A stretch of DNA of 64,000 nucleotides from the NCBI GenBank assembly GCA_963706595.1, contig OY970166.1:5376001-5440000 (forward strand). The letters run 5' to 3'. The notes beneath the pieces are model-generated. The model was not told where the DNA came from, did not search any database, and saw nothing but the letters and a program-made list of their open reading frames with translations. Positions 42,269 to 53,318 of this stretch are shown here, one piece after another. How positions within the stretch are numbered: position 1 is the stretch's first letter; each line of letters begins with the position of its first letter. A program made the position numbers and the translations under genes. The stretch is from an uncultured cyanobacterium. Its GTDB lineage: Bacteria; Cyanobacteriota; Cyanobacteriia; Cyanobacteriales; Nostocaceae.

Positions 42269-44153
42269 CAATCCGATTAGAGTGCTGTTAGTTGATGATG
42301 ATGAAGACGATTATATTTTAACTCGTGATTGGTTTAGTGAATTTCAGGTGGCTGGCTGCGAGTTGTCATGGATAGATAGTTATGAAGCGGGAAAGGATGC
42401 GATCGCTGATCACAATCATGATATTTATCTGGTAGACTATCGTTTAGGAATTAATAGCGGACTAGAGCTATTACGCGAAGCGATCGCCAACGGTTGCGCC
42501 TCCCCCATCATTTTACTCACTGGTCAGGGAGACAGAGAAATAGACCTAGAAGCCATGAAAGCAGGCGCAGCAGATTATCTTGAAAAAAGCCAGTTAACTG
42601 CACCCTTGCTAGAACGTTCCATCCGTTACGCTCTGGAACGCAAACAAACAGAAAAAAAAATCCGCCAACAAGCTGCTTTACTAGACATTGCCACCGATGC
42701 CATTTTTGTGCATGATTTAGACGACCCAGTTTTATTTTGGAACAAAGCCGCCGAAAGTTTATACGGTTGGAAAAAAGCAGAAGCAATTGGCAAAAAAACC
42801 CAAGAGCTTTGGTATGAAAAGAATGAACTGCTATTAGAACAAGCATTCAACCATCTCATGCAACATGGTTCATGGAAAGGAGAGCTACATCAAAGAACCA
42901 AATCAGGCCAAGAAATTATTGTCGAAAGCCGTTGGACATTAGTTCAAAACTTCGAGAACAAACCACAATCTATTCTAGTTGTCAATACTGATATTACCGA
43001 AAAAAAACAACTGGAATCTCAATTTCTCAGGGCGCAAAGATTAGAAAGTATTGGCACTCTGTCCAGTGGTATTGCCCATGACTTGAATAATGTTCTCGCT
43101 CCCATTATGATGACAGCACAACTTTTAGCCGCACAAATGCAAGATGAGCGTTCTCGGCGGTTGTTGCCCATTTTGATCTCCAATGCCAAACGTGGAGCCA
43201 GTTTAGTTAATCAAGTATTATCATTTACTCGTGGTCTTGAGGGAGAGCGTACCCTTTTACAACTAAAGCATTTAATTATAGAAATTCAGCAAATTATTAA
43301 GGAAACCTTTCCCAAAACAATAGAAGTTACCACCCAAATCCCTCCCAATCTTTGGACTGTATCTGGTGATGCAACGCAATTACATCAAGTGTTGATGAAT
43401 TTGTGTGTTAATGCTCGCGATGCCATGTCTGACGGCGGGAATTTAAAAATATTGGCGGAAAATCTTTTAGTAGATGAGAATTACGCCAGGATGAACATTG
43501 ATGCTAAAGTTGGTTCCTATATAGTCATTACTGTGATCGATACGGGAATGGGTATTCCCCCAGAAATATTAGATCGGATATTTGAGCCTTTTTTTACAAC
43601 TAAAGAAACTGGTAAAGGAACGGGGTTGGGTCTTTCTACCGTCATGGGGATTATTAAAAGCCACGATGGTTTTATTAAAGTAAAGAGCAAACCAGGAAAT
43701 GGCAGTCAATTCCAGGTTTATTTGCCAGCCCAAGAAATCACAGAAACCATAGAAGAAGAAGAACAAAGTTTGCCTCAAGGTAATGGAGAATTGATTTTAG
43801 TTGTAGACGATGAAGCTGCGATTAGGGAAATTACGAAAACATCTCTAGAAAACCATCATTACCGAGCAATCACAGCCAATGATGGAATTGAAGCCATAGC
43901 ATTGTATGTAGAAAATCGAGATGATATAGCTCTTGTTTTAACCGATATGGTGATGCCGTCTATGGATGGGATAACAACTATTAAAACATTGCAAAAAATT
44001 AACCCAAATGTGAAAATTATTGCCGTCAGTGGATTGGCTACAACTGATAAAGTCAATGCGGCTCATGATGTGGGCGTTAAAGCCTTTTTAGCCAAACCGT
44101 ACACAGCAAATCAGTTATTGCAAACCATTAGCACTGTCAAAAGTAGGGATTAG
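42261..44153 (+). CDS. Hybrid sensor kinase REC-PAS-HisKA-HATPase-REC
   Basis: [34 protein letters not shown]-terminal REC. Confidence 0.94.
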   Translation: MNDNPIRVLLVDDDEDDYILTRDWFSEFQVAGCELSWIDSYEAGKDAIADHNHDIYLVDYRLGINSGLELLREAIANGCASPIILLTGQGDREIDLEAMKAGAADYLEKSQLTAPLLERSIRYALERKQTEKKIRQQAALLDIATDAIFVHDLDDPVLFWNKAAESLYGWKKAEAIGKKTQELWYEKNELLLEQAFNHLMQHGSWKGELHQRTKSGQEIIVESRWTLVQNFENKPQSILVVNTDITEKKQLESQFLRAQRLESIGTLSSGIAHDLNNVLAPIMMTAQLLAAQMQDERSRRLLPILISNAKRGASLVNQVLSFTRGLEGERTLLQLKHLIIEIQQIIKETFPKTIEVTTQIPPNLWTVSGDATQLHQVLMNLCVNARDAMSDGGNLKILAENLLVDENYARMNIDAKVGSYIVITVIDTGMGIPPEILDRIFEPFFTTKETGKGTGLGLSTVMGIIKSHDGFIKVKSKPGNGSQFQVYLPAQEITETIEEEEQSLPQGNGELILVVDDEAAIREITKTSLENHHYRAITANDGIEAIALYVENRDDIALVLTDMVMPSMDGITTIKTLQKINPNVKIIAVSGLATTDKVNAAHDVGVKAFLAKPYTANQLLQTISTVKSRD

Positions 44154-44380
44154 TTCCACTGTCAAGAAGACAAAATTAGCCAAAAAATTTAATTAGACAG
44201 CGACCGAATTCAAATGTGCATTTTCAGTGAACCTTTGTAGAGACGTTCCAGGGAACATCTCTACTTTGTCACAAGATAACTATTGTCGGTTTTCTTTTTT
44301 CAACCCGATGGGACTTGGAACAACGAGCAAATATCCTATAGGCTGAATATATATACTTAGCTTGTTTGAGATGGTGGCAA

Positions 44381-44491
44381 ATGCGAGATCCACAGAAAAA
44401 CCATATTAAAATCGATCCGGCAACACTTGTTTTAATTGTGTCCGCCTTAATTCTCCTACCCCTGATACTTACTGGCTTTTTATCTCAGTGA
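44381..44491 (+). CDS. Small single-TM protein, 36 aa (below the ORF-track cutoff)
   Basis: MRDPQKNHIKIDPATLVLIVSALILLPLILTGFLSQ*. Confidence 0.6.
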   Translation: MRDPQKNHIKIDPATLVLIVSALILLPLILTGFLSQ

Positions 44492-44557
44492 ACCTCAAGC
44501 AGCCGGAACCTCACCCTGGTAAAGCTTATGCAAAACCTGTCCCTCTCCTTGGTAAGG

Positions 44558-44712
44558 CTACAGTGTACACACATCCTGACCCAAAGAGAGTTTCCAGCGC
44601 TAAAAACAAGATTTAATCAGAAATCTTGTTCCCCTCCTCGCTTGCGGGGAGGGGCTAGGGGTGGGGTTTTATGACGCAAAAGAGAATTTCCTGACTTGTG
44701 TGTACACCGTAG
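44558..44712. mobile_element. 155-bp MITE with ~20-bp TIRs and 10-11 bp target duplication
   Basis: CTACAGTGTACACACATC ... GACTTGTGTGTACACCGTAG; CCTTGGTAAG at 44547-44556 and 44713-44722. Confidence 0.88.
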
Positions 44713-44753
44713 CCTTGGTAAGAAGAGGGTTTTGTTTATTACTCGAATGATAG

Positions 44754-44927
44754 CTACCTGGGTAAGACTTGCCGTAATGCGGCGAGAAGTTGGTCAACGC
44801 TTTCTGGGCGACTATTAAAACCCATCAGTCCCACGCGCCAAACTTGACCGGCGAGTTCACCCAGACCACCGCCAATTTCAATATTATGTTCATTGAGTAA
44901 CTGCCGCGCGATCGCTTTACCATCTAC
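44754..44927 (-). pseudogene. Alanine-glyoxylate/serine-pyruvate aminotransferase, C-terminal fragment
   Basis: VDGKAIARQLLNEHNIEIGGGLGELAGQVWRVGLMGFNSRPESVDQLLAALRQVLPR*. Confidence 0.85.
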
Positions 44928-46244
44928 TATTAAGCAATATATAGAGAATCAAAAGAATGTTTAGTTATGGTTGCCAACAAATACTGATAAAAGCAGATCC
45001 TAATCTAGGAGGTATTTTAGAATTTGTGTGTGGGGAATCAGCTAAATTAAGTAACTGCGGAACATATTACGCAAGGCAACTGTACTTCAAAACAGGTAAA
45101 ATACCAAGCAAGTTTGATTTGCATAAGTTACTAAAAAGTAACCCGCATTTTCAAGCAATGTACTCTCACGTTGCCCAGCAATGCTGAACAACAGTCGCCG
45201 AGTCTTTCAAGTCTTATCTAGGATTGTTGAAAGCAGTAAGCACTGGTTCTGTAGAACAACATCCAAGGCTTCCAGGCTATCGCAAAGGTGGTTTAGCTTT
45301 GGCTACTTTCCCTCGTGCTGATATTAAATTAAAAAATGGTTTATTACGCTTCCCTCTTGGCAGCAAACTTAAGGCATGGTTTGGGCTAGATGCATTTTAT
45401 TTGCCAATGCCAACAAACTTAAAATTTTCAGACATTAGAGAAATACGTATATTGCCCCGCAATCAATGTTTTTACGCTGAATTTGTGTACAAAATGCCTG
45501 ATGCTCAGAAACCAATAGTTAATAAAGAGAATGTTTTAGGTATCGATCCCGGTATCAATAATTGGCTAACTTGCGTCTCGAATGTAGGAACTAGTTTTAT
45601 TATTGATGGCAAGCACTTAAAGTCACTGAACCAAAACTACAATAGACGGATATCAACATTAAAGGAAAATAAACCCCAAGGTTTTTGGTCTAAACAACTA
45701 GCACATATAACCGAAAAACGAAATCGCCAAGTACGCGACGGTGTAAACAAGGCAGCCCGTAAAGTGATTAAGCATTGCCTAGAAAATCAAATCGGCACAG
45801 TAATTTTTGGATGGAACAAAGGACAGCGCCAAGAAATAAATCTTGGTGCTAAAACTAATCAGAAATTTGTACAAATTCCTACAGCTAGGCTCAAAGACAG
45901 AATTGCTCAATTGTGCGATTATTATGGAATTAATTTTGTAGAGACAGAAGAAAGCTACACATCGAAGTCTTCGTTTCTAGATGGCGATTTGCTACCTACC
46001 ATCGGTGCAAAACCCGAAGGGTGGCAGCCATCTGGAAAAAGAGTTAATCGTGGATTATATCAGACTGCATCAGGTTATAAGTTGAATGCAGATGCGAATG
46101 GGGCTGCGAATATCATTCGCAAAGTAGCGATGAAATTAGGACTAGTTCTTGATGGAATCAGTAGGGTGTCTTTGTCAGCACCATTGAAACTTCGTTTGTG
46201 GAGTCTTCAAGAATCCCACGGCTTTTAGCCGTGGGTAGTGTCAA
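44926..46244 (+). mobile_element. IS200/IS605 element, left part deleted
   Basis: tnpA tail TIKQYIENQKNV* (44926-44964), tnpB, right-end hairpin CCCACGGC-TTTTA-GCCGTGGG followed by TAGTGTCAA. Confidence 0.88.
44957..46228 (+). pseudogene. tnpB: TnpB with an in-frame premature TGA at 45185-45187
   Basis: ORFs 44957-45187 and 45224-46228 share a frame (AQQC*TTVAESFKSY); LGIDPG, EESYTSK, NADANGAANI. Confidence 0.9.
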
Positions 46245-46410
46245 TACAACTATAAGCTAAGTCAACTCCCCACTCATCCAAAAATATCGGCACACCACCC
46301 AAACTTGTGACTGTATCTACCAGCACCAAAGTCCCAAATTCACGGCACACCTCAGCCACTCCTTCTAAAGGTTGACGTGCGCCTGTAGAGGTTTCAGCGT
46401 GAACCAAATG
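46245..46410 (-). pseudogene. Alanine-glyoxylate aminotransferase, central fragment
   Basis: [14 protein letters not shown]...VDTVTSLGG...WGVDLAYSC, cut by the IS end just before the expected SQK PLP lysine. Confidence 0.88.
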
Positions 46411-46457
46411 TGGTTAATTACTTTTGACTTTTGACTTTTGACTTCCGCCTTGCGGTG

Positions 46458-47330
46458 CTAGCTGTCCTCTTCATCTTTGATGCGGATGCGGCGCTCAAAC
46501 AGCTCCTTAATTACCAGCGTTGCACCAGCCAGTCCCGCTAACACCACCGAAGCTGCAAAGGCACTTTGAGAATCGTAATTGCGATAAGCCCCTTCCACAT
46601 ATAGCGTCAGAGTTTGGGTACGGCCAATTAAATTACTAGAAACAACCGCAATCGCTCCATACTCTCCCATAGCGCGAGCCGTCGTCAGAATAATTCCATA
46701 GAACAGTCCCCAGCGAATCGAAGGTAGTGTGACGCGCCAAAAAATTTGCCACTCTCCAGCCCCCAAGGTTTTGGCAGCTTCTTCTTCTTGAGTACCCACT
46801 TCTTCCAATATGGGAATCACTTCACGAGCCACAAAGGGCATTCCCCCCATCATCGTCGCCAGAGCAATGGCGGGGAAGGAAAAGATAATCTTGATATCTA
46901 GGGACTGTAGCACAGGACCAAGTAGCCCATTGCGTCCATAGAGGGAAACCAGCATTAAACCTGCCACAATGGGCGAAATTGAAAAAGGCAAGTCAATAAT
47001 ACTTAGTAATAAAGTCCGCCCCCGAAACCGACGGCGAGCAATTACCCAAGCTGCACATAGTCCAAAAACTACGTTTAGCGGCACAGCTACTCCTACAGCC
47101 ATTGCTGTCAGACGTAAAGCCTGAGTAAAATCACGGCTGGTGAGAGTAGCGAAAAACGGGACAATTCCCCGACTAAAAGCTCCAATGAATACATAAAGGG
47201 TGGGAAGAAGCAAGACCAGCACTAAATAGCTCACTACTGCCCCAATCAAAGCAATTTTGCCCCACTCTCTACCCTTCTGTAACTTGACTCCGCCTGGGAG
47301 AGACTGGGTAGATTTAGGTTCAACCATCAT
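46458..47330 (-). CDS. cysW: Sulfate ABC transporter permease
   Basis: DLPFSISPIVAG, PFVAREV, EEAAKTLGA, ARAMGEYGA. Confidence 0.94.
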   Translation of the reverse strand: MMVEPKSTQSLPGGVKLQKGREWGKIALIGAVVSYLVLVLLLPTLYVFIGAFSRGIVPFFATLTSRDFTQALRLTAMAVGVAVPLNVVFGLCAAWVIARRRFRGRTLLLSIIDLPFSISPIVAGLMLVSLYGRNGLLGPVLQSLDIKIIFSFPAIALATMMGGMPFVAREVIPILEEVGTQEEEAAKTLGAGEWQIFWRVTLPSIRWGLFYGIILTTARAMGEYGAIAVVSSNLIGRTQTLTLYVEGAYRNYDSQSAFAASVVLAGLAGATLVIKELFERRIRIKDEEDS

Positions 47331-48171
47331 GGCGTTGCCTCCAAGCTTGCAATAAGTTCACCATCAGCAACAGTACCAGGGAAATCAGCAGTAATACCGT
47401 GCCAATAGCGGTAGCTCCAGCCATATCGTTTTGCTCTAGGCGCTGGAATACTAGGATGGGGGCAATTAAATCTTGATAGGGAATATTAGCCGCAATCAAG
47501 ACCACTGAGCCATATTCTCCCACTGCACGGGCAAAAGCTTGGGTTGTACCTGTGAGGATGGCAGGTATAAGCGGCGGCAGCACCACCCGCCAACAAGTTT
47601 CCCATTGGGAAGCTCCCAGAGACCAAGCAGCTTCTTCAATGGAATGGTCTAGCTCTTGCAGTACAGGCTGCACGCTACGAACCACAAAAGGCACAGAAAT
47701 AAATACCATCGCCACCGCTACCCCCAGGCGAGTGAAAGAAACCCTAATGCCAAAGGGAGTAAGAAATGAGCCAATCCAGCCTTGCTCGCTGTAAACTGTG
47801 GTGAGGGTGATACCTGCTACTGCCGTGGGTAGGGCAAAGGGCAGGTCAATCACGGCATCGAAAACCCGCTTCAAGGGGAAGTCGTAGCGCACCAGCACCC
47901 AGGCGGTAGCAGTGCCAGCTACGCAGTTAATCGCGGCTGCAAAGAAGGCCGTGACAAAGGTGATGTTATAGGTTGATAGGGCAACCGGGTCCGTAGCCAA
48001 CCGCCAAAACTCGGCAGGTGATAGGGTTGCGGCTCGCACCATCAAGGCGGCGACAGGCAGCAGTAGGACGATGGAGATATAGGTAATGGTGACTCCCCAC
48101 GGCAAAGAAAAGCGCTTGAGCCAATTCTTGGGCGCTGAGGAGAAGGTAGAGTGTGTAGGGGAAACTGTCAT
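47320..48171 (-). CDS. cysT: Sulfate ABC transporter permease
   Basis: AWVLVRYDFP, DLPFALPTAVAG, PFVVRSVQP, EEAAWSLGA. Confidence 0.95.
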   Translation of the reverse strand: MTVSPTHSTFSSAPKNWLKRFSLPWGVTITYISIVLLLPVAALMVRAATLSPAEFWRLATDPVALSTYNITFVTAFFAAAINCVAGTATAWVLVRYDFPLKRVFDAVIDLPFALPTAVAGITLTTVYSEQGWIGSFLTPFGIRVSFTRLGVAVAMVFISVPFVVRSVQPVLQELDHSIEEAAWSLGASQWETCWRVVLPPLIPAILTGTTQAFARAVGEYGSVVLIAANIPYQDLIAPILVFQRLEQNDMAGATAIGTVLLLISLVLLLMVNLLQAWRQRHDG

Positions 48172-48282
48172 GGATTCAGAATATAAGTTATGTTTGGAGC
48201 AAACAAATACATATCATGATTTATCGGCGTTTATCGGCGTTTATCAGCGTTTAACTATTCTTATTCAGATTTTCCTCCAGTC

Positions 48283-49356
48283 CTAGCGGCGAATAATATT
48301 GGCTTGGATGTCGTCAAAAATTGCGCCATCGGCAAAGAATTTGGGGCTGACTTGACTCCAACCGCCAAAGTCGTCGATGGTAAACAGGTTAGAGATTTTG
48401 GGATAAGTATCAGCAAATTCCGCTACTACTTCGGGTATCACAGATCGAAAGCCCACTTTGGCAAATTCGCGCTGGGCTTCGGGAGTGAAGAGAAACTGCA
48501 CAAAGGCTTCTGCGACTTCGCGGGTTCCTCGCTTGTCAACATAGCTATCTACTACGGCAATGGGGTTATCAATGGAAATATTAATTTCGGGAACTACGTA
48601 AGGTAGATTCTGTCCCTGCTGTTTAGCCAAGATGACTTCGTTTTCATAGTTGATCAGCGCATCTCCCTGTTTTTGGACGAAGAATGCATCAGTGGCTTCG
48701 CGGGCATCTCTTGGTAAAACTGGCACATTGCCGTAGACTTTAGTCACAAAAGCTTGGGCTTGTTCTTCACTGCCGCCTGTTTTGGTAACTTTCCCCCACA
48801 AGGCCATGTAGTTCCAACGAGCGCCGCCGGAGGTTTTGGGGTTGGCGGTGATGACGCTGACATCATCGCGGGCTAAATCGTCCCAGCCTTGAATATTTTT
48901 GGGGTTGCCTTCACGGGTAACAATTACGCCCACTGAGCGGTGAACAATTCCGTCGCCGTTGGGGGTCTTTTTCTCCCAGCCTGGTTGAATCAGTCCAGCA
49001 TCCTGGATTTGTAAGGTGTCTGCTGATAGGGCTAGGGCTACTATGTCGGCTTCTAAGCCGTCAATTACAGCGCGAGTTTGAGAGCCTGAGCCGCCGTAGC
49101 TTTGACCAAAGGTGACGGTCTGTCCGGTTTTTTCTAGCCACTGTTTGGCGAACAAGGGAATGATGTTTTGATATGCGGCACGGGTGACGGCGTAGCTCAC
49201 TAGGGTAAGTTCTTTTCTTCCCCCAGCACTACCAGTATCTTCAGGAGAAGGAGAGCAGGCTGCGAGGGTAGCACTTAAGCTGAATCCTACCAAAAATAGC
49301 GAAATAAAGCTTTTTAAAGGCGTGTGTTTCCATTGATTCCAATTATCCTGCCACAT
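48283..49356 (-). CDS. sbp: Sulfate ABC transporter substrate-binding lipoprotein
   Basis: Lipobox LAAC, QSYGGSGSQTRAVIDGLEAD, NPKTSGGARW, YENE. Confidence 0.95.
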   Translation of the reverse strand: MWQDNWNQWKHTPLKSFISLFLVGFSLSATLAACSPSPEDTGSAGGRKELTLVSYAVTRAAYQNIIPLFAKQWLEKTGQTVTFGQSYGGSGSQTRAVIDGLEADIVALALSADTLQIQDAGLIQPGWEKKTPNGDGIVHRSVGVIVTREGNPKNIQGWDDLARDDVSVITANPKTSGGARWNYMALWGKVTKTGGSEEQAQAFVTKVYGNVPVLPRDAREATDAFFVQKQGDALINYENEVILAKQQGQNLPYVVPEINISIDNPIAVVDSYVDKRGTREVAEAFVQFLFTPEAQREFAKVGFRSVIPEVVAEFADTYPKISNLFTIDDFGGWSQVSPKFFADGAIFDDIQANIIRR

Positions 49357-49590
49357 ACCGACCTGATGCTCCTGAGTTTAAATCTACAGTTAATCGATGA
49401 AGATTAAGTATTTTAGGGTTTAGTCATAGATATTACAGATAACTCTGTGAAATAGCAAGATAATCACCATATTCTTGACTGAGATTATGGTGATTAAATT
49501 ACATTATTAAAAATTACTTAGATATGGGGAAATTTTTAATTTTTAATTTTTTTTTATGATATGGTTATCGGTCGTTTTTATCATGTTGAT

Positions 49591-50340
49591 CTAGACTGTC
49601 CCAAATCTGCGCTCTCGTTGTTGGTAGGCGCACAAGGCGCGGTGAAACTCAGTCCGGTCAAAATCTGGCCACAGAGCATCAGTGATATAAATTTCCCCAT
49701 AGGCCATTTGCCAGAGGAGGAAATTTGAAAGCCGCATTTCGCCACTGGTACGGATTAATAAGTCGGGGTCGGTAATTCCGGCTGTGTATAGGTGACGCTC
49801 AAACAACTGTTCATCGATTTGATCAGGTTGAATTAGACCTTGCTGGACTTTTTGAGCGATCGCCCGACAAGCTTGTAAAATTTCCTGCCGTCCGCCATAA
49901 TTAGTAGCGACCGTAAAGCGAATAGCACGATTATGGCTCGTTTCTGCCATGGAACGGGAGATTTCGGCTTGAAGCGATCGCGGCAAAGCATCCAAATTGC
50001 CCACAAACTGGATTTGCACATTTTCCTCGACCATTTCCCGCAGTTCTTGGCGGAGAACCCTTTGAAACAGAGTCATCAAAAAATCTACTTCTTCCTGGGG
50101 TCGTTTCCAGTTCTCAGTCGAAAAAGCATAAGCCGTTAGTGCCTGAATGCCCCAATCTTTGCAACAGTGCAGTAAATCCTTGAGAGCATCTACTCCTCGC
50201 TTATGTCCCATAATTCTGGGTAGACCTTGACGTTTAGCCCAGCGACCATTGCCATCCATAATCACTGCAACGTGCTTTGGCAGTAGTTCTCGTTTTAAGT
50301 CAGAGGGTAAATTTTGCAATTCAGTTTGTTGTGCTGTCAT
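49591..50340 (-). CDS. uppS: Isoprenyl transferase / undecaprenyl diphosphate synthase
   Basis: [36 protein letters not shown]. Confidence 0.97.
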   Translation of the reverse strand: MTAQQTELQNLPSDLKRELLPKHVAVIMDGNGRWAKRQGLPRIMGHKRGVDALKDLLHCCKDWGIQALTAYAFSTENWKRPQEEVDFLMTLFQRVLRQELREMVEENVQIQFVGNLDALPRSLQAEISRSMAETSHNRAIRFTVATNYGGRQEILQACRAIAQKVQQGLIQPDQIDEQLFERHLYTAGITDPDLLIRTSGEMRLSNFLLWQMAYGEIYITDALWPDFDRTEFHRALCAYQQRERRFGTV

Positions 50341-51260
50341 TTTTTATTGCGAGAAGCGGTCGATGGTAATCCCAGTAAACGTGAAACTAATCCTATTGCC
50401 TTACGACCCACCTGAAGACCCAAACCCAACAGACTAGGAGCCACAGCTTCCCGGTCTACAGTTGGTGATAATCGAGCATCTAAGGACTCTTTGAGTGTCC
50501 TAATGGTCAATGGTCTATTGAGATTTCCTCGTTCTGCTAAGGAAATAGAACCCGTTTCTTCTGATACAACGACACAGATACAATTTTCGACCCGTTCAGT
50601 AATTCCCATTGCTGCCCGATGGCGTGTTCCCAACTGGCGCGAGGCTGTGCGTCCCGAAAGTGGTAAAATTATACCTGATGAAACAATCCGCGAGCCACGG
50701 ATTAAGGTTGCCCCATCGTGCAGTAAAGTTTTTGGCTGAAAAATTGTCTGAATCAGTTCCTTAGAAACATCAGCATTCAGCTTAACCCCCGGCACAGAAA
50801 AATCGCGCTCGTGAATCGGACCAGTTGTTTCCAAAATCAGCAAAGCTCCGATGCGGTTTTTGGAAAGTTCTTTAACCGCATCCACAATTTCATCAATCAC
50901 ACTATCAGACTTAGGGATTGTTAAACTGGATGGCTTAAATAACTGCTGAAATTCACCACGTCCCACTTGCTCCAAAAATCGGCGAAACTCTGACTGGAGA
51001 GCAACTGCCATCGCCACAGCGCAGCCAATCACCAACTTTTCTAGAACAAAATTTAACAGTGGTAGACCCATTCTGCCACTGATGGCTGAGGCTAACATCA
51101 AGATAATAAAACCCCGCACCATCCACAGTGTTCGGCGCTCACTAATAATAACTAGTATCATATAAGTCAGCGCCAACACCAACAAGATATCCAGAGTCCC
51201 AAGCAGCAAGGACTGCGACCATCCCAGGTTTGTCAGCCATTGCTTCCACGAATCTCTCAT
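50337..51260 (-). CDS. cdaA: Diadenylate cyclase
   Basis: Three N-terminal TMs, LHDGA, GTRHRAA, VVSEETG. Confidence 0.95.
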   Translation of the reverse strand: MRDSWKQWLTNLGWSQSLLLGTLDILLVLALTYMILVIISERRTLWMVRGFIILMLASAISGRMGLPLLNFVLEKLVIGCAVAMAVALQSEFRRFLEQVGRGEFQQLFKPSSLTIPKSDSVIDEIVDAVKELSKNRIGALLILETTGPIHERDFSVPGVKLNADVSKELIQTIFQPKTLLHDGATLIRGSRIVSSGIILPLSGRTASRQLGTRHRAAMGITERVENCICVVVSEETGSISLAERGNLNRPLTIRTLKESLDARLSPTVDREAVAPSLLGLGLQVGRKAIGLVSRLLGLPSTASRNKK

Positions 51261-51499
51261 GACATCTGGATTACTCTTTGTTCTCCCTTAATATTGTGCA
51301 TTGCGCTGTTATTTTCATGCCCCAAAGGTTGACGATTGAGGAATCAGCGAGTGAACAGTTATCAGTTATCAGTTATCAGTTATCAGTTTTATGACTAATG
51401 AAAGACCACACCAATTAGTGAAAACTTTGGTGGCGGGTTCAAATTCCTCACATACGCCAGTTAACTGTTCACTGTTAACTGTTCACTGATTTGAGCTTG

Positions 51500-52917
51500 T
51501 TACTTCTGCACGTTGAGTCTGTCTGGTAAACAATCTTGTCGAATCAAGTCCTGATAACTTTCGCGACGCAAAATTAAATTGGCCTCGCCATTGGCAACTA
51601 CAACAGCTGCCTGGCCGGGGTAAGCGATTATAGTTAGATGACATACTGTAATTGTACGCACCAGTTCCCATAATTACCAGAATATCCCCAGGTTCAGTTT
51701 TGGGCAGTTGGGCATTTTTAATCAGTATATCCCCTGATTCACAATGCTTACCAGCAATTGTGACTGTTTCTGTGAGCGGAGCAGACAACTTGTTGGCAAC
51801 GACTGCACGATAAACTGATTGGTAAGTAATTGGTCGGGGATTATCAGACATACCGCCATCAACTGACACGTAAGTACGAATTTCCGGTACGACTTTCGAT
51901 GATCCAATAGTATAAGCCGTGATGCAGGCTGTGGCAATAAGCGATCGCCCTGGTTCACACAACAATTTTGGCAAAGGTAGATTTGCGGCTGTACAAGCTG
52001 ATTGAATGACTTCACAAATCGCCTTCACCCATTCTGCAATACTGGGGGGATCATCAGATTCGGTGTACCTAATTCCCAAACCACCACCAACATTTAATTC
52101 TGTGACGGTTAAACCGTAATTTGCCGCCTTCTCTAACCACTGCACCATGACAGCCGCCAAATCGCGATGGGGTTGGCGTTCAAAAATTTGGGAACCAATG
52201 TGAGCGTGTAACCCTACGCAGTTTAAGGAAGGTTGCTGACTGACAAAGGTAAATACTTCGTCTAAATCATTGGGATCAAAACCAAATTTACTATCTAAAT
52301 GTCCGGTGCGAATGTATTCGTGAGTATGGCATTCAATCCCTGGTGTTAACCGCAACATGATGCGAATGGGGGAAGATGTACTTGGTGCTTGCTTCTGCCA
52401 TCTCCACCAAAGTCCGCAGTTCTTGCCAGTTATCCGCCACAATGGTTGAACCAGATTCGATGGCTAAAGCCAGTTCTTCACGAGATTTATTATTACCGTG
52501 CAAGTAGAGTTTGTCAGGACTAACACCAGCATTCAGGGCTGTGTAAAGTTCGCCGCCTGAAACTATATCTATTCCTAAACCTTCAGATGCTGCGATCGCG
52601 CAAACAGCTAAACAATTCCAGGCTTTTGAGGCGTATAATACCTGAGATTCTCCCTGGTAATATTCCTTAAATGTATCCCGATATTGCTGACAAGCTAAAC
52701 GCAGCGTTTCTTCATCTAAAATGTACAAAGGCGAACCAAACTGCTCCACTAGGGTTGTGACATCACACCCACCAATTTCCAGGATGTCTTGACTATTAAC
52801 TTTGGCGGTCAAAGGCAAAAGTTCTTGATTGGGCGAAACATTTGCGTTTTGGCTGCGCCTTTGAGGTAAATACTGACTACCAGTATGTTGAACCTCCGTG
52901 GGGTGAGTCGATACCAT
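51500..52917 (-). CDS. lysA: Diaminopimelate decarboxylase (two apparent +1 frameshifts near 52380 and 51611)
   Basis: YASKA, HGNNKS, HAHIGSQ, CEPGRS, CESGD, GAYNYSM; C-terminus ...DCLPDRLNVQK* in the shifted frame. Confidence 0.94.
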
Positions 52918-53029
52918 AGTTTTTATAAATTTTCCTTGCTCAAAGTTCAAAGTGTTTTGGGCGTGGCGTAAGAAAGTGTCCCGATTCTCAGTTTACCGAA
53001 AATATCGCGAGAACAGAAGATATGCCCCA

Positions 53030-53305
53030 GAAGAGGCAGGGGAGCAGGGCGCACCGGAGCAAGGGGGAGTGAAGAGGCAGGGGAGCAGGGACCAGGGAGC
53101 AAGGGGGAGTAAGAAATTACTTTAAACTTCCGCTTACTTCACAACCATTCCTCTTCTCCCCTGCCCCCTGCACCCTGCCCCCGTTCCTCTTCTCCCCTGC
53201 CCCCTGCACCCTGCCCCCATTCCTCTTCTCCCCTGCCCCCTGCACCCTGCCCCCGTTCCTCTTCTCCCCTGCCCCCTGCACCCTGCCCCCATTCCTCTTC
53301 TCCCC
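53030..53305. repeat. Composite element with a 36-bp unit tandemly repeated 4.5 times
   Basis: Unit CC(A/G)TTCCTCTTCTCCCCTGCCCCCTGCACCCTGCCC at 53145, 53181, 53217, 53253; core shared with 8868-9022. Confidence 0.9.
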
Positions 53306-53318
53306 ACTCCCCACAACC

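Noticed and set aside
48221..48252. (TTATCGGCGT)x3 as an operator between sbp and cysT
   Set aside because: Similar units occur inverted at ~63059-63087 in an unrelated context; more likely a generic short repeat
46458..49356. Missing cysA as a defect of the sulfate transporter
   Set aside because: cysA is often encoded elsewhere in cyanobacteria
51483..52950. lysA (and murC, cbiB) as split genes or programmed frameshifts
   Set aside because: No common slippery sequence; scattered +1 bases are better explained by sequencing error
53145..53305. 36-bp repeats as a CRISPR array
   Set aside because: Units are directly adjacent with no unique spacers, are low-complexity, and there are no cas genes
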